Counted from the stretch's first letter, positions 1 to 9,770 are shown. The stretch: 30,745 nucleotides of DNA from Minisyncoccota bacterium (GCA_041659365.1 JBAZYH010000013.1:1-30745); one strand, 5' to 3'. The notes: generated from the letters alone by a model not told the origin. Numbers and translations are program-made.

Positions 1-127
1 AGTTATTAATTGTGAATTGAAGAAATATTTGCAATACTATAATAACGAAAGATTACATCTGGGAATTGATCTAAAAACACCGAATCAAATTATTAATTGC
101 GTCCAAGGTGCTGAATAGAATACGGCT
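1..127 (+). mobile_element. Partial IS element end: IS3-family transposase (OrfB/rve) C-terminal coding fragment (codons 2..118, stop TAG 116-118) plus terminal bases
   Basis: Frame starting at nt 2 translates to ...INCELKKYLQYYNNERLHLGIDLKTPNQIINCVQGAE*. The YYNxERxH...L...TP signature is typical of IS3-family transposase C-termini. An identical 127 bp is present inverted at 30619-30745. Confidence 0.7.
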
Positions 128-319
128 TTTATGTATTTTATTTCATTAATTACATAGAACATGTTGATAAATAAGGATTATTTAAATTTTAATAGATTAA
201 CCTGGATTATTACGTCGGAGTACCTTCTCATAATGACAATACAAAATTTATATAAGGAAGTTTTCTATTAGTTTGCGTCCCCCTAAAAGGACAGTTGGGG
301 GACGTCATTTTGCTAAATG

Positions 320-348
320 AAAAACCGGCCCAACGAATGTTGGGCCGG
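320..348 (-). terminator. Rho-independent terminator (minus strand): hairpin CCGGCCCAAC/GTTGGGCCGG with T-run on the minus strand
   Basis: Perfect 10-bp stem (325-334 / 339-348) with loop GAAT; A-run 320-324 on plus strand is the U-tract on minus. Confidence 0.5.
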
Positions 349-607
349 CCCAGGAGTGGATCATGAAGCATGGTCACAATTAGAAAACGAGAACAAAAAG
401 AAGCCCCCTTTCTTTGTTAATCATCTACACGACGACTCATTCATAGGTCGGAAAACAGAAGAACTAATATAATAATAATCCTCTCAAAAATTTAATCAAT
501 GATAAAAATGTTGATAACTTTAAAATTATAATTAAAAAACATTTAAGGAAGTGTCAATTAGTTTATGTCGCGTTTCAATGGACACTACGCGACATGATCC
601 TGCAGGA

Positions 608-1747
608 TCAAAAACTGTTGATAATCTTTTCCATATCTTTTATATTTTCTGTTTTCATAAGTTTTATTCTTAATTCTTTAGCACCATCAAATCCTGTAAC
701 GTATGCCTTAAAATGTTTTTTCATAACATCAAATCTTTTTTGCTTTGAAAGAAGTTTAATAAAAAGTTTTGTATGTTCTACAAGAATTTTGAGTTTTTCT
801 TTTGTAGTTGGTATATAGGAATTGAATTCATCCCGAACAATTTTAGAAGAATTATCTTTTTCTTTAAACAAAACTTTTAGATTATTTATATTATTATTTT
901 TTGTTTGTGAAAATTTAACGGGATGCTCAATTTTGTTAGAACTCACAGACTCGTTTACAAAATTGGCAAATAACCATGGTTTACCAAATATACCTCTTCC
1001 TATCATCACACCATCAAAACCAGCAGAAAGTGCTTTTTCTTTCCCTTCCTCCAGACTTTTAATATCCCCATTTGCAATAAGTACAACATTTTTATCTATT
1101 TTTCTCACTGTTTTAACCACATCTTTTGCAAGTTCCCAATGAGCATCTACTTTAGACATTTCTTTCTTTGTGCGAAGATGGATAGTAAGTGCTGATATGT
1201 TTTCTTTTAAAATTTCTGAAAGCCAAGTTTTGTATTCAAATGTATTAAAACCTAGTCTGGTTTTCACAGATATTGGAAGTTTGGGTGCACCTTCTTTAGC
1301 TGACCTTATAATTTCTCTGGCAAGTGAAGGTGTTCTTATAAGAGCTGATCCAGCACCTTGTTTTATAACCCCCTTATCTGGACAACCCATATTTATATCT
1401 ATACCGTCAAAACCAAGCTTTGATATTATCTGACAAGTCGTTTTTATGTTTTCTGGATTTGCACCAAATATCTGAGCAATGATAGGTTTTTCTTTTTTTG
1501 AGAATTTTAAAATAGGTAAGAGTTTTTTTCTTCCTTCTTTTGATGCAAGACCATCTGCTGATACAAATTCCGTCCAAAAGAGATCAGGTCCACCTCTGCC
1601 TGACACTCCATGTTTAGCGGCACCTTTTTTACCGTGTTTGCTATATTTTGCTATTATTTGTCTAAAAGCGATATCAGTAACATCTGCCATTGGTGCAAGA
1701 CAAAAGAATGTTTTATTTTTTATTACTTTTTGCCAAATATTTTTCAT
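608..1747 (-). CDS. dus: tRNA-dihydrouridine synthase
   Basis: 379-aa ORF. N-terminal CLAPMADVTDIAFR motif (Dus APMxxxTD signature); FGANP; INMGCP with catalytic Cys. Confidence 0.8.
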   Translation of the reverse strand: MKNIWQKVIKNKTFFCLAPMADVTDIAFRQIIAKYSKHGKKGAAKHGVSGRGGPDLFWTEFVSADGLASKEGRKKLLPILKFSKKEKPIIAQIFGANPENIKTTCQIISKLGFDGIDINMGCPDKGVIKQGAGSALIRTPSLAREIIRSAKEGAPKLPISVKTRLGFNTFEYKTWLSEILKENISALTIHLRTKKEMSKVDAHWELAKDVVKTVRKIDKNVVLIANGDIKSLEEGKEKALSAGFDGVMIGRGIFGKPWLFANFVNESVSSNKIEHPVKFSQTKNNNINNLKVLFKEKDNSSKIVRDEFNSYIPTTKEKLKILVEHTKLFIKLLSKQKRFDVMKKHFKAYVTGFDGAKELRIKLMKTENIKDMEKIINSF

Positions 1748-1931
1748 CCTATTAGAAATTTATAGCTAATAACTTTAATCGACTTTTTTTCATTGTGTAT
1801 TATATTATCTTCGTTTAATTTTAACTTTTATTTTCTCGGATTTCTAACAGGATAAATTATATTAAGAGATACTAACATTAAGTTAAACTCTTTTCAAATA
1901 ACAAAATAAATGTTATTTTAATAATACCAAT

Positions 1932-2522
1932 ATGGTTAAAATAAAAAGTAAAAAAATATCTTCTCTAAGTGGATCCGCCTATGGAGGAGAAATACTTCAA
2001 AAAGATAATCCTCTTCTTAGAGAGGTTTCTTCGCCAATATCACTAAGTGAAATCAAAGGAGAAGAAATTAAAAAAATTATTTCTGACTTGAAAATGGCAA
2101 TGGCTTCACAAGCTGATGCAGTTGCTATTTCTGCTATACAAATAGGTAAACCTGTTAGACTTTTTGTGATATCAAAAAGAATTTTTAAAATAGTAGAAGA
2201 GATTACTGGTGAAGAAATAAAAGAGAAAAAAGATCTAATTTTTATTAATCCAAAGATTAAAAGAATGTCTAAAGACAAACAGCTTATAGAAGAAGGCTGT
2301 CTTTCTGTAAGATATTTCTATGGTAAAGTTTCTCGCTCCTGTAAAGTTACGGTTGAAGCACAAGATGAAGATGGTAAAAAATTTTCAAGAGGTTTTTCTG
2401 GCCTTTTTGCCCAAGTAGTTCAGCATGAAAATGACCACTTAGATGGAGTTCTTTTTATAGACAAGGCTATAGATATTCAAGAAATAACACCGGAAGAGTT
2501 TGAAAAAACCCTTAAAAATTAA
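1932..2522 (+). CDS. def: Peptide deformylase
   Basis: Motifs EGCLS (motif 2) and QHENDHLDG (HExxH metal site, motif 3). Sits upstream of fmt as in the canonical def-fmt operon. Confidence 0.85.
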   Translation: MVKIKSKKISSLSGSAYGGEILQKDNPLLREVSSPISLSEIKGEEIKKIISDLKMAMASQADAVAISAIQIGKPVRLFVISKRIFKIVEEITGEEIKEKKDLIFINPKIKRMSKDKQLIEEGCLSVRYFYGKVSRSCKVTVEAQDEDGKKFSRGFSGLFAQVVQHENDHLDGVLFIDKAIDIQEITPEEFEKTLKN

Positions 2523-2618
2523 ATTTAATATAATTCTTTCTGTCATTCCCGTGCAGACGGGAATCCAGAATTAAATTAACCTGGATCCCCGCATTCGCGA
2601 GGATGACAACACAAAAAT

Positions 2619-3503
2619 ATGTTTAATAAAAATACAAAAATAGTTTTTTTTGGTAGTTCAGAATTTTCTCTGATCGTTTTAGAAGAATTAAAAAAGGATG
2701 GTATTATCCCAGATCTTATTGTTACAACACCAGATAAACCACAAGGTAGGAAAATGATTCTTACTCCTACACAGACAAAAGTTTGGGCTGAGAATAATTC
2801 TATTGAATATGTTACACCAGAAAAACTTAAAGATGAAGGTTTTTTGAAAAAGATATCTGATTACGATCTTTTTATTGTTGCTTCTTACGGAAAAATAATC
2901 CCTAAAATTGTTATAGATTTACCAAAATATAAAGTTTTAAATATTCACCCCTCCCTTCTACCAAAATATCGTGGATCTTCACCGCTTCAAGAACAAATTT
3001 TAAATGATGAAAAAGATATTGGTGTCTCTATAATGCTAATAGATGAACAGGTGGATCATGGAAATATAATAATTCAAAAAAAGGTAGAAATAAAAGATTG
3101 GCCTATTGGTTTTAATTTATTACAAGAAATATTAGCAAAAGAAGGATCAAAACTTTTAACTGAAATTCTCCCGATGTGGATTAAGGGTAAAATAGAATCA
3201 AAAGAACAAAACGATAACGAAGCAACTTTTACCAAAAAGGTTGAGAAACCAAACGGATTATTAGACCTTTCATCTGACCCATATAATAATTATCTAAAAA
3301 TTTTAGCTTATGAAGAATGGCCTAAAACTTATTTTGAAGTTGATAAAAAAGAAAGCCTAAACAGTAAAACTATCGGCCAAAGAAAAATAAGAGTAATTAT
3401 TAAAAAAGCCACATACAAAGATAATAATCTAGAAATATTAAGAGTTGTTCCTGAGGGGAAAAAAGAGATGGATTATAAGTCTTTTTTAAATGGCTTGAAA
3501 TAA
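2619..3503 (+). CDS. fmt: Methionyl-tRNA formyltransferase
   Basis: N-terminal IVFFGSSEFS...VVTTPDKPQGR; NIHPSLLPKYRG formyltransferase core. C-terminal domain present. Confidence 0.85.
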   Translation: MFNKNTKIVFFGSSEFSLIVLEELKKDGIIPDLIVTTPDKPQGRKMILTPTQTKVWAENNSIEYVTPEKLKDEGFLKKISDYDLFIVASYGKIIPKIVIDLPKYKVLNIHPSLLPKYRGSSPLQEQILNDEKDIGVSIMLIDEQVDHGNIIIQKKVEIKDWPIGFNLLQEILAKEGSKLLTEILPMWIKGKIESKEQNDNEATFTKKVEKPNGLLDLSSDPYNNYLKILAYEEWPKTYFEVDKKESLNSKTIGQRKIRVIIKKATYKDNNLEILRVVPEGKKEMDYKSFLNGLK

Positions 3504-3511
3504 AATTAAAT

Positions 3512-3548
3512 AAAAATAAGGGCCGCACTTTGTGCGGCCCTTATTTTT
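3512..3548. terminator. Bidirectional rho-independent terminator
   Basis: Stem AAGGGCCGCAC/GTGCGGCCCTT (11 bp, loop TTT) flanked by an A-run upstream and a T-run downstream. Follows the fmt stop. Confidence 0.7.
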
Positions 3549-3719
3549 ATTTAATTTTATTGTAAAAGTTCTGCAGTAACACTATTATTTGTCTCCTGCC
3601 AATTATCAGAAACCTTTTTTGCACTAACAGTCATATATGTAAGAATAATTATAAATACAAACATCCCAACATATAGGATATGTGCCTTAAAAAACTGAGT
3701 AAGTATTCTTAAATTAGTA

Positions 3720-4097
3720 TCAGTTGTTGGATCCATATAAACCTTTAATAATAGACTTTACTTTTGATGCGCCTCTCTTAAATAAACTATTTCTTTTACC
3801 TTTAAAAGCTTTCAATTCCTGAGTTACTTCGTCGCTAACAGTATCAATAGACGCATAGAGATCTTCTTTTTCAGATGTTGCTCTGAAAGTTTTTCCACCA
3901 ATATGAATTGTAAACTCTGTTCTAAATAAATCACCGGTCTTATGATGATTTGTCGTCTTACCAACCTCAACATAACACATTATACTTTCTTCTAAATTTG
4001 GATTTATAAACTTATCTAAATGAGCAATTCTTTTGTCCAAATAATCTGATATTGCGGGAGTGAGAGAAAAATCTGTCGTGTTTACATTATATTTCAT
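3720..4097 (-). CDS. hpf: Ribosome hibernation promoting factor / ribosome-associated inhibitor (short HPF/RaiA family)
   Basis: 125-aa protein; MKYNVNTTDFSLTPAISDYLDKRIAHLDKF...VEVGKTTNHHKTGDLFRTEFTIHIGGKTFRATSEKEDLYASIDTV matches the HPF/YfiA fold family. Confidence 0.75.
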   Translation of the reverse strand: MKYNVNTTDFSLTPAISDYLDKRIAHLDKFINPNLEESIMCYVEVGKTTNHHKTGDLFRTEFTIHIGGKTFRATSEKEDLYASIDTVSDEVTQELKAFKGKRNSLFKRGASKVKSIIKGLYGSNN

Positions 4098-4126
4098 ATT
4101 TTAAATAATTATTGAGTAAGAATATA

Positions 4127-4351
4127 TTAATCCTCCTCAATACTAATAATTTTCCCTGGAGAGTGATGACCGCTCACTATCCTTACGTCATTATTATACA
4201 CCTTAAAATATTCCCGCACCAGTTCAACTACCTTTTTATTTGCAAGACCTCTTTCTGCAGGTTCTTTTACGGCTACAGAAAAGTGATCTTTTGATATTTT
4301 TTCAAATTTTTCCTTTTTTGCACCAGCTTGAACTTTTAGTTTAATATACAT
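4127..4351 (-). CDS. DUF167 (YggU-like) family protein
   Basis: 74 aa; pattern LKVQAGAKK...ERGLANKKVVELVREYF...VRIVSGHHSPGKIISI parallels E. coli YggU (QPKASRD...DGQANSHLVKFL...VVIEKGELGRHKQIKI). Confidence 0.65.
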   Translation of the reverse strand: MYIKLKVQAGAKKEKFEKISKDHFSVAVKEPAERGLANKKVVELVREYFKVYNNDVRIVSGHHSPGKIISIEED

Positions 4352-4512
4352 CCTGTTAGAGATAAGTCACGGTAATAGTATAATACCTTTTACCTATCAA
4401 ATATTACTTAATATAAAAAAAATTAATAATTATATTTTAACCCCGAGTGATCGTGATCTCTAACGGGATACATCTACTTTTTTATTATATCACTAGTTAA
4501 AATTTAACAAAC

Positions 4513-4537
4513 AAAAACCGCACAAAATACTGTGCGG
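4513..4537 (-). terminator. Rho-independent terminator for the 4564-4875 gene (minus strand)
   Basis: Stem CCGCACA/TGTGCGG, loop AAATAC, A-run 4513-4517 on plus (U-tract on minus), 27 nt past the stop codon. Confidence 0.65.
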
Positions 4538-4563
4538 GTGAGAGCAATGGTGAAGAAGATGTC

Positions 4564-4875
4564 TTAACTTGGTAATGGGTGAAGAATCGAAAATTGTATC
4601 TTGTTGCCAAAAATACACTCCGACTTAATAACCCTTCCGACAAGAACAAGATCTTTAGTCGAAGAATTCGGACCTACGTGTATAATACAGAAACTCGCAG
4701 GTTGTCCCCGACCATCAACATTGTGATTCTCAGAAAAACTGAACCTTATGTCATCTGAGTCTTCGACACCACCCTGTTGAAGTCTTTTAACAAGGCGATC
4801 TGTCAGATCATTTCTTGCTTGTTCTGTCTTACACATTCCATTCAAACCAAACATTTCCACGACAATCATGATCAT
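4564..4875 (-). CDS. Hypothetical small protein (103 aa); noticeably higher G+C than neighbours
   Basis: Intact ORF with its own terminator. No family confidently recognised, possibly a small alpha+beta fold. By eye about 40% G+C against about 30% around it. Confidence 0.45.
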   Translation of the reverse strand: MIMIVVEMFGLNGMCKTEQARNDLTDRLVKRLQQGGVEDSDDIRFSFSENHNVDGRGQPASFCIIHVGPNSSTKDLVLVGRVIKSECIFGNKIQFSILHPLPS

Positions 4876-5031
4876 TCCCTTTCATTTAAAAAACAGTGTA
4901 CGAACCAATATTTATATTACATTTAATAAATAAATAATCAATAGAAGACCCTTCCCTTTTCAATTTTAATTTGCTAATATAATCAACGTATTCTTATTAA
5001 TAAGAACATTCCAACAAGAATATAAATACAT

Positions 5032-5106
5032 TCCGGAGTAGCTCAGCGGTAGAGCGGCGAGCTGTTAACTCGTTGGTCGTAGGTTCGATCCCTACCTCCG
5101 GAGCCA
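5032..5106 (+). tRNA. tRNA-Asn (anticodon GTT), CCA encoded
   Basis: Cloverleaf read by hand: acceptor TCCGGAG/CTCCGGA; D-stem GCTC/GAGC; anticodon stem CGAG/CTCG with loop CTGTTAA (GTT); T-arm GTAGG-TTCGATC-CCTAC; discriminator G then CCA. Confidence 0.9.
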
Positions 5107-6567
5107 GGTTGGTTGATATGCCAAATCTAATATACTGTTGTATGGAGAACGTAAGGAAAATTCTATGTTTTTTCCGTTTACAACACAGTTCTGAAGTAGG
5201 TAATTTAGAATTGCTCTTTTTTCAAGCACTTCAGAACTTTCAAATAGTTTAAGTGCATTTTTTGCTAGATTTAATACTGTAGAAACAGTGATATAGTAAT
5301 TTTCATCTGCTTTAGTATGATCTTCAAGTTGAATACTTAGATCATATTGTTTTTCTTTCAATTCTTTCAGAATCTTGTCATAGTTAGACTTAGTAATACT
5401 CTCATCAATAAATAGGTTTAAAATTCTATCTAATTTTATTTGTATAGAATCATACTCTTTTTTAATAGCATCTATCGAATTTTTATTATATAAAGTTTTT
5501 GCAACATTTGTTTTTTTAAGACCTTCAATAATCTTATCAATTTTCTCTTGAGGAATACTATTAAATGCCTCTAGGACCTCGTATATTGGCTTTAGTAGGT
5601 CTTTTTCTGGAACATATACCTTTGTATCACAAATGGCCTTTTTAGCGTTTGTACAAGCATAATAAACGTGACCTTTATGAGTTTCTGGACTCATAGAACA
5701 ACCGCATTTAGCACATCTTGCTAGTCCCCTAAAAATATATGGTTTAGAGGCATACTGGAACTTCTTTTTACCCCAGCTCTTCCTAATTTGTTGACACCTA
5801 TCAAATAACTCTTTGGTTATTAAAGGCTCATATTTATGATTCCAAGAAATATTTTTAGTTCTTGAATAAGATACACCATAATAAAAAGTATCATTAAGTA
5901 TTTTATCTATCATACTAAGTGATAATTTTTTATCATTTTTACTTCTTAAACCAAGCTTGGTTATTTCTTTCATTAAGGTAATAGTTGAATGATTACCAGT
6001 CGAATATAACTCAAACATTTTCTTAATATAATGTGATGTATCCGGATCCAAAACTACATCTATCTTTTTGCCATTTGTATTATATAAACTTTTATAACCG
6101 ATTGGGGGTTTGCCTGTACATTCCCCATTTTTACGCATTTGTTCCTGCTTTCTTTTAACATTATCACTCAGTTGAAGTACGTAACTTTTTGCAAACATTA
6201 CAGCCATATCCCAACGTAAAATATCAGAGCTATTTGACTCTTTATGAAGTACAAGATTTTCTCGATAGAAATGTATCTCGATCTTACCAGCTTTTCTTAG
6301 TAAATCTAGTTGGACCGACTCCTTGAAACTTCTTTGAAGACGATCTACTGTATCAACAACTAGAGCTATGATTTCTTTTGAATCTTGGATGCTCTTAATA
6401 ACTTCCTGAAACTTTTCTCGATCACCTTTAGTAGAAGATTCCTCTATTTCAACTGTTTTCCAAATAGTAAGTCCTTTAAATTTCACATAATCAGATACAC
6501 GAACAACTTGAGCTTCGTTTGAATCTTGTTTTTTGTCTGAAACTCTCGCTAGAATTATTGCTTTCAT
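5092..6567 (-). CDS. Large serine recombinase (resolvase/invertase N-domain + recombinase domain + zinc ribbon + coiled coil); putative island integrase
   Basis: MKAIILARVSDKKQ (catalytic Ser motif), CAKCGCSM...C zinc ribbon, C-terminal coiled-coil. Last 5 codons (QPTWLRR*) overlap the tRNA-Asn 3' end 5092-5106. The ORF-track start at 6642 is an upstream extension; Met at 6567 precedes the resolvase motif. Confidence 0.85.
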   Translation of the reverse strand: MKAIILARVSDKKQDSNEAQVVRVSDYVKFKGLTIWKTVEIEESSTKGDREKFQEVIKSIQDSKEIIALVVDTVDRLQRSFKESVQLDLLRKAGKIEIHFYRENLVLHKESNSSDILRWDMAVMFAKSYVLQLSDNVKRKQEQMRKNGECTGKPPIGYKSLYNTNGKKIDVVLDPDTSHYIKKMFELYSTGNHSTITLMKEITKLGLRSKNDKKLSLSMIDKILNDTFYYGVSYSRTKNISWNHKYEPLITKELFDRCQQIRKSWGKKKFQYASKPYIFRGLARCAKCGCSMSPETHKGHVYYACTNAKKAICDTKVYVPEKDLLKPIYEVLEAFNSIPQEKIDKIIEGLKKTNVAKTLYNKNSIDAIKKEYDSIQIKLDRILNLFIDESITKSNYDKILKELKEKQYDLSIQLEDHTKADENYYITVSTVLNLAKNALKLFESSEVLEKRAILNYLLQNCVVNGKNIEFSLRSPYNSILDLAYQPTWLRR

Positions 6568-6571
6568 AAAA

Positions 6572-8110
6572 TTATCTTTTTTGGTAAAATTCCGAGTTAT
6601 TAGTTTCAAGTTTTGAGATAAAATCCTCAATAGAAAAAGCAAATATAATCAATTTATCTTTATGTTCTATAAATTGAATCCACTTAATTGTATCTTCATG
6701 AATTTTTGGTGCAATAAAAAATGAAATACTCTCATTATTTTTAATCTTTTTATCTGCTAAATGCCTACTTATTGGTGCCATTTCTCTCGATACCTGTGCT
6801 GTCCCATTTAATAATGTTACTTCTAATAAACTACAACGTGTTGCTTCATAACATTCAATATCAGCATTGTTTCCAGGTGCGTGCGAAGAAGGAAGTCCTT
6901 CATCATCAGAAATGTAATTAGGAACTATCTTAATAGAAGGATATTTATTTAATACCGCCAAAGAGGTTAAAAATTCTAAACGTAATGGACTTTGTATATA
7001 TTTAAGAATCTCGTCTTTCGAAGAATTGTTTGTTTTTGTCAGATTAAGCATTTCTTCCTTAATTTTATTCCAGCTATAATATTCGGACCATTTTGAAAGT
7101 AATTTATTTTCTTCTTCAATATTAATTTTCTTAGCAAGTCCTAGCGATAAAAGATTTTGATCTATTTGTGATATATAATTAAAATAGTCTTTTTCGTTAG
7201 TGTATTTATTATACTTGTAATATTTATCAATTACGTAATCAATTTTTTGTAGTTCTTTTTTGTTTATATCAATAAATTGACCATAACCTCTAATTGTTAT
7301 TAGACCAGTAAGTCTCATTTTACGGATAAATTCATCTGGTAACTCTTGCATTATTGTTTCATTTTTTTGAGAGTTGTGACGACCACCAATAAGTTCATCA
7401 CAAACTTCAAGAATTACCTCCCAACTTGGTTGATATTTATGTTTATTTCTTATTTCTTTTATTTTTTTATATAAAGAGTCTACATCATCATCTCTCCAAC
7501 AAAGAATAAGTGGAAGTTCTAATTTTGATATTCCGGTATCATTGTATTCTGGGTCATTATCCAACCTTTTTATTACAGATAATAATAAAATTAGAGGCAC
7601 GTTCTCATTTAAAACCCTTCTAAATGGGTTATTTGATTGGTACTTCACAAAAGCATTTAAAAAGGCCTGTTGTTCAAATTCCGGATGTTCATTATCAGCA
7701 AATTTTAACCCAATTTCAGAAAATTCAATTGGCTCATCCATTTGGTAAAACACGAAACCAAGTTCTTTAGAAATTTTATAATGAGTATCAAACCTTGATG
7801 CCCACCCCCTATTAAAGCCGGCTTCCTTATGATCCTGTGGATTGTTAGACAAAACATCATTTACTTCCTCACTAGTAAGTTCTTCTTCGTTGACCCACTT
7901 GTTTTTAATAGAAGCGCTTACTTTCATTGGACGATATAACCCAAATTTAATTAAATCACCCTCAATACATTCAGCTAATTCGTTTGTTAAAATTTCCTTA
8001 TTATATTTTTTTAAAATATTTAAAAATCCTTTTATCCTCTCGGGATTTCTTACTGTTGTCGTAAATAACAAGGGTTTATATTGAGATTTTCTTTTGTTGG
8101 TTTTTGTCAT
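6572..8110 (-). CDS. Type IIS restriction endonuclease, AlwI family (N.BstNBI/PleI/MlyI-like)
   Basis: 512 aa. The N-terminal TTTVRNPERIKGFL motif resembles the conserved SPRSPEKI N-terminal motif of AlwI-family enzymes. Operon position next to two DNA MTases. Confidence 0.65.
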   Translation of the reverse strand: MTKTNKRKSQYKPLLFTTTVRNPERIKGFLNILKKYNKEILTNELAECIEGDLIKFGLYRPMKVSASIKNKWVNEEELTSEEVNDVLSNNPQDHKEAGFNRGWASRFDTHYKISKELGFVFYQMDEPIEFSEIGLKFADNEHPEFEQQAFLNAFVKYQSNNPFRRVLNENVPLILLLSVIKRLDNDPEYNDTGISKLELPLILCWRDDDVDSLYKKIKEIRNKHKYQPSWEVILEVCDELIGGRHNSQKNETIMQELPDEFIRKMRLTGLITIRGYGQFIDINKKELQKIDYVIDKYYKYNKYTNEKDYFNYISQIDQNLLSLGLAKKINIEEENKLLSKWSEYYSWNKIKEEMLNLTKTNNSSKDEILKYIQSPLRLEFLTSLAVLNKYPSIKIVPNYISDDEGLPSSHAPGNNADIECYEATRCSLLEVTLLNGTAQVSREMAPISRHLADKKIKNNESISFFIAPKIHEDTIKWIQFIEHKDKLIIFAFSIEDFISKLETNNSEFYQKR

Positions 8111-8124
8111 AAATAAAATTTATA

Positions 8125-8865
8125 TTATTTTACTAATTTTAATATTTCCAATGTATCAAGTGAATCACTAAAAGGAACTACACGATAAGAAGATTTTGTT
8201 GTTAACCTGGCATTACTAATTTCTCCATCTGGAATAAAGTCCTTAATGATGGATATATTATTATCTGTCATCATTTCCCAAGTAGCACCACCAGTTAAAT
8301 AAACTTCAAAACCATCTAGTTTAAGATTTTCTAAAACTAAAGAACTATCAAATGGAAATAGAGTTCTAACGTAAAAATCTTTTTGTATTTCTTCGGGTTT
8401 ATAATTATTATTATATGGTCCAATAACATCAAACTGATAATTAGGATGACATATTGCAAATTTTATTCCATTTCTTGGAAATGACGACCTTACTTCAATT
8501 TTTTTTGAATTTGATATGATTTTTAAATCAATTTGATTATTTGCTCCTTCAAAAGGAGTTTCTGAAACGGTTTCCTTATCTAAGTTTAAAATTTTTTTCC
8601 AGGCATATTCTGCTATTACGCCGGCAACACAATTTGTTTTTATTCTGTACTCATTTCTAGATAGTGTGGCATTATTTGCAGTACCAGCGTTTACATTTAT
8701 AGATAACTCGTTACCTTTTTTAATTAATTCATCCAAACATAATCTATCATCTTTGTCTGATTTATAATTAAAAATAACCTTAATCAAATTAAATGGTTTT
8801 GTACGTTTAGAGTTTTCATATTTTATATCATTCTGGCAGACTATTTGTTCTTGTATTATTTTCAT
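8125..8865 (-). CDS. Hypothetical protein inside the RM operon; candidate second-strand nuclease / small subunit
   Basis: 246-aa ORF translationally coupled (ATGA overlap) to the upstream MTase gene. Contains a possible E...IDLK (D-x-K) nuclease-like motif. No family recognised. Confidence 0.4.
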   Translation of the reverse strand: MKIIQEQIVCQNDIKYENSKRTKPFNLIKVIFNYKSDKDDRLCLDELIKKGNELSINVNAGTANNATLSRNEYRIKTNCVAGVIAEYAWKKILNLDKETVSETPFEGANNQIDLKIISNSKKIEVRSSFPRNGIKFAICHPNYQFDVIGPYNNNYKPEEIQKDFYVRTLFPFDSSLVLENLKLDGFEVYLTGGATWEMMTDNNISIIKDFIPDGEISNARLTTKSSYRVVPFSDSLDTLEILKLVK

Positions 8866-9770
8866 AAATAGTTAGTAATTAAAACCTCTTTAATTTCCTT
8901 GTTTGAATTATTATGATAACTAATATAATTACTTTTTATACAATATACATTATACTTCTTCATCCATTCTATCAACACATTATTCTTTTTTCCTTTATAG
9001 TGAGTTACATTAGATAGTGCAAATTTTACCCCTTTATTATTCAATTCATCTAAGTTTTTTAATAAATCTTTTTCACTATCATCATTCCAAAACTTATTAT
9101 ATTCACTAAAAGTAATAAGATAAGGTGGATCCACGTACACAAAATCATCTTTCTGAAACTTAAGATTAAAAAACCTCCTAAAGTCAACATCCGAAAGTTT
9201 AATCTTCTTATTTTTTACAGTTTCAAAATAATCTTTAAGTGCATTAACAACGTTTTTATTAAAATCAACGTTCCCCACAGGCAAATTAAAGTCACCGGAT
9301 CTATTAAAACGTAACATTCTATTAAAACCGTATATAAGTAAAGTATATAATTCCAATGGCAGTTCTTTCTTCTGGTTGTTAAAATAATTTCTTAAATCAG
9401 TGTATCCTTTTTTATTGAATCTTGCGTAGTACGTCTTTTTCCATAATTTTTTGATTGTAGTTGGAATAATATCTTCTTTATATGATCTAGAAAGATTATA
9501 TTTGGTTATAATTTTTTCAATCTCAACAAAAAATTGATCGTTCTTATCAGAATATGAAATTAATGTGTTATGTAGTCTTATTAAGTTAGTATCAATATCA
9601 TTTAAAAAGTATTTTTTTGCTTTAACATTGAGAAAAACAGTACCACCACCAACAAATGGTTCATAAAAATGGTTTACTTTTAATGGAAATAACTCAATAA
9701 GCTGTTCCATAAGCTTATATTTATCACCAACATAAAATAAGGGGGACCTTTTAATTTTATTTTTTATCAT
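8862..9770 (-). CDS. DNA N6-adenine methyltransferase (Dam/D12 class), M2 of Type IIS system
   Basis: Motif I EPFVGGGTVF and motif IV DPPY, in the Dam-family order. Confidence 0.8.
   Translation of the reverse strand: MIKNKIKRSPLFYVGDKYKLMEQLIELFPLKVNHFYEPFVGGGTVFLNVKAKKYFLNDIDTNLIRLHNTLISYSDKNDQFFVEIEKIITKYNLSRSYKEDIIPTTIKKLWKKTYYARFNKKGYTDLRNYFNNQKKELPLELYTLLIYGFNRMLRFNRSGDFNLPVGNVDFNKNVVNALKDYFETVKNKKIKLSDVDFRRFFNLKFQKDDFVYVDPPYLITFSEYNKFWNDDSEKDLLKNLDELNNKGVKFALSNVTHYKGKKNNVLIEWMKKYNVYCIKSNYISYHNNSNKEIKEVLITNYL

Noticed and set aside
594-1769. Plus-strand ORFs (594-818, 822-1142, 1170-1433, 1479-1769) overlapping dus
   Set aside because: Antisense to a confidently identified dus gene; low-complexity translations.
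3557-3736. 59-aa minus-strand ORF (MDPTTDTNLRILTQFFKAHILYVGMFVFIIILTYMTVSAKK...) with one TM helix, downstream of hpf
   Set aside because: Below the ORF-track threshold, overlaps the hpf 3' end by 17 nt and has no obvious RBS. Possibly a real small membrane protein, but unsupported.
6568-6642. N-terminal extension of the serine recombinase ORF (start at 6642)
   Set aside because: The extension overlaps the upstream endonuclease gene end. The resolvase catalytic motif begins right after the Met at 6567, which is the more plausible start.
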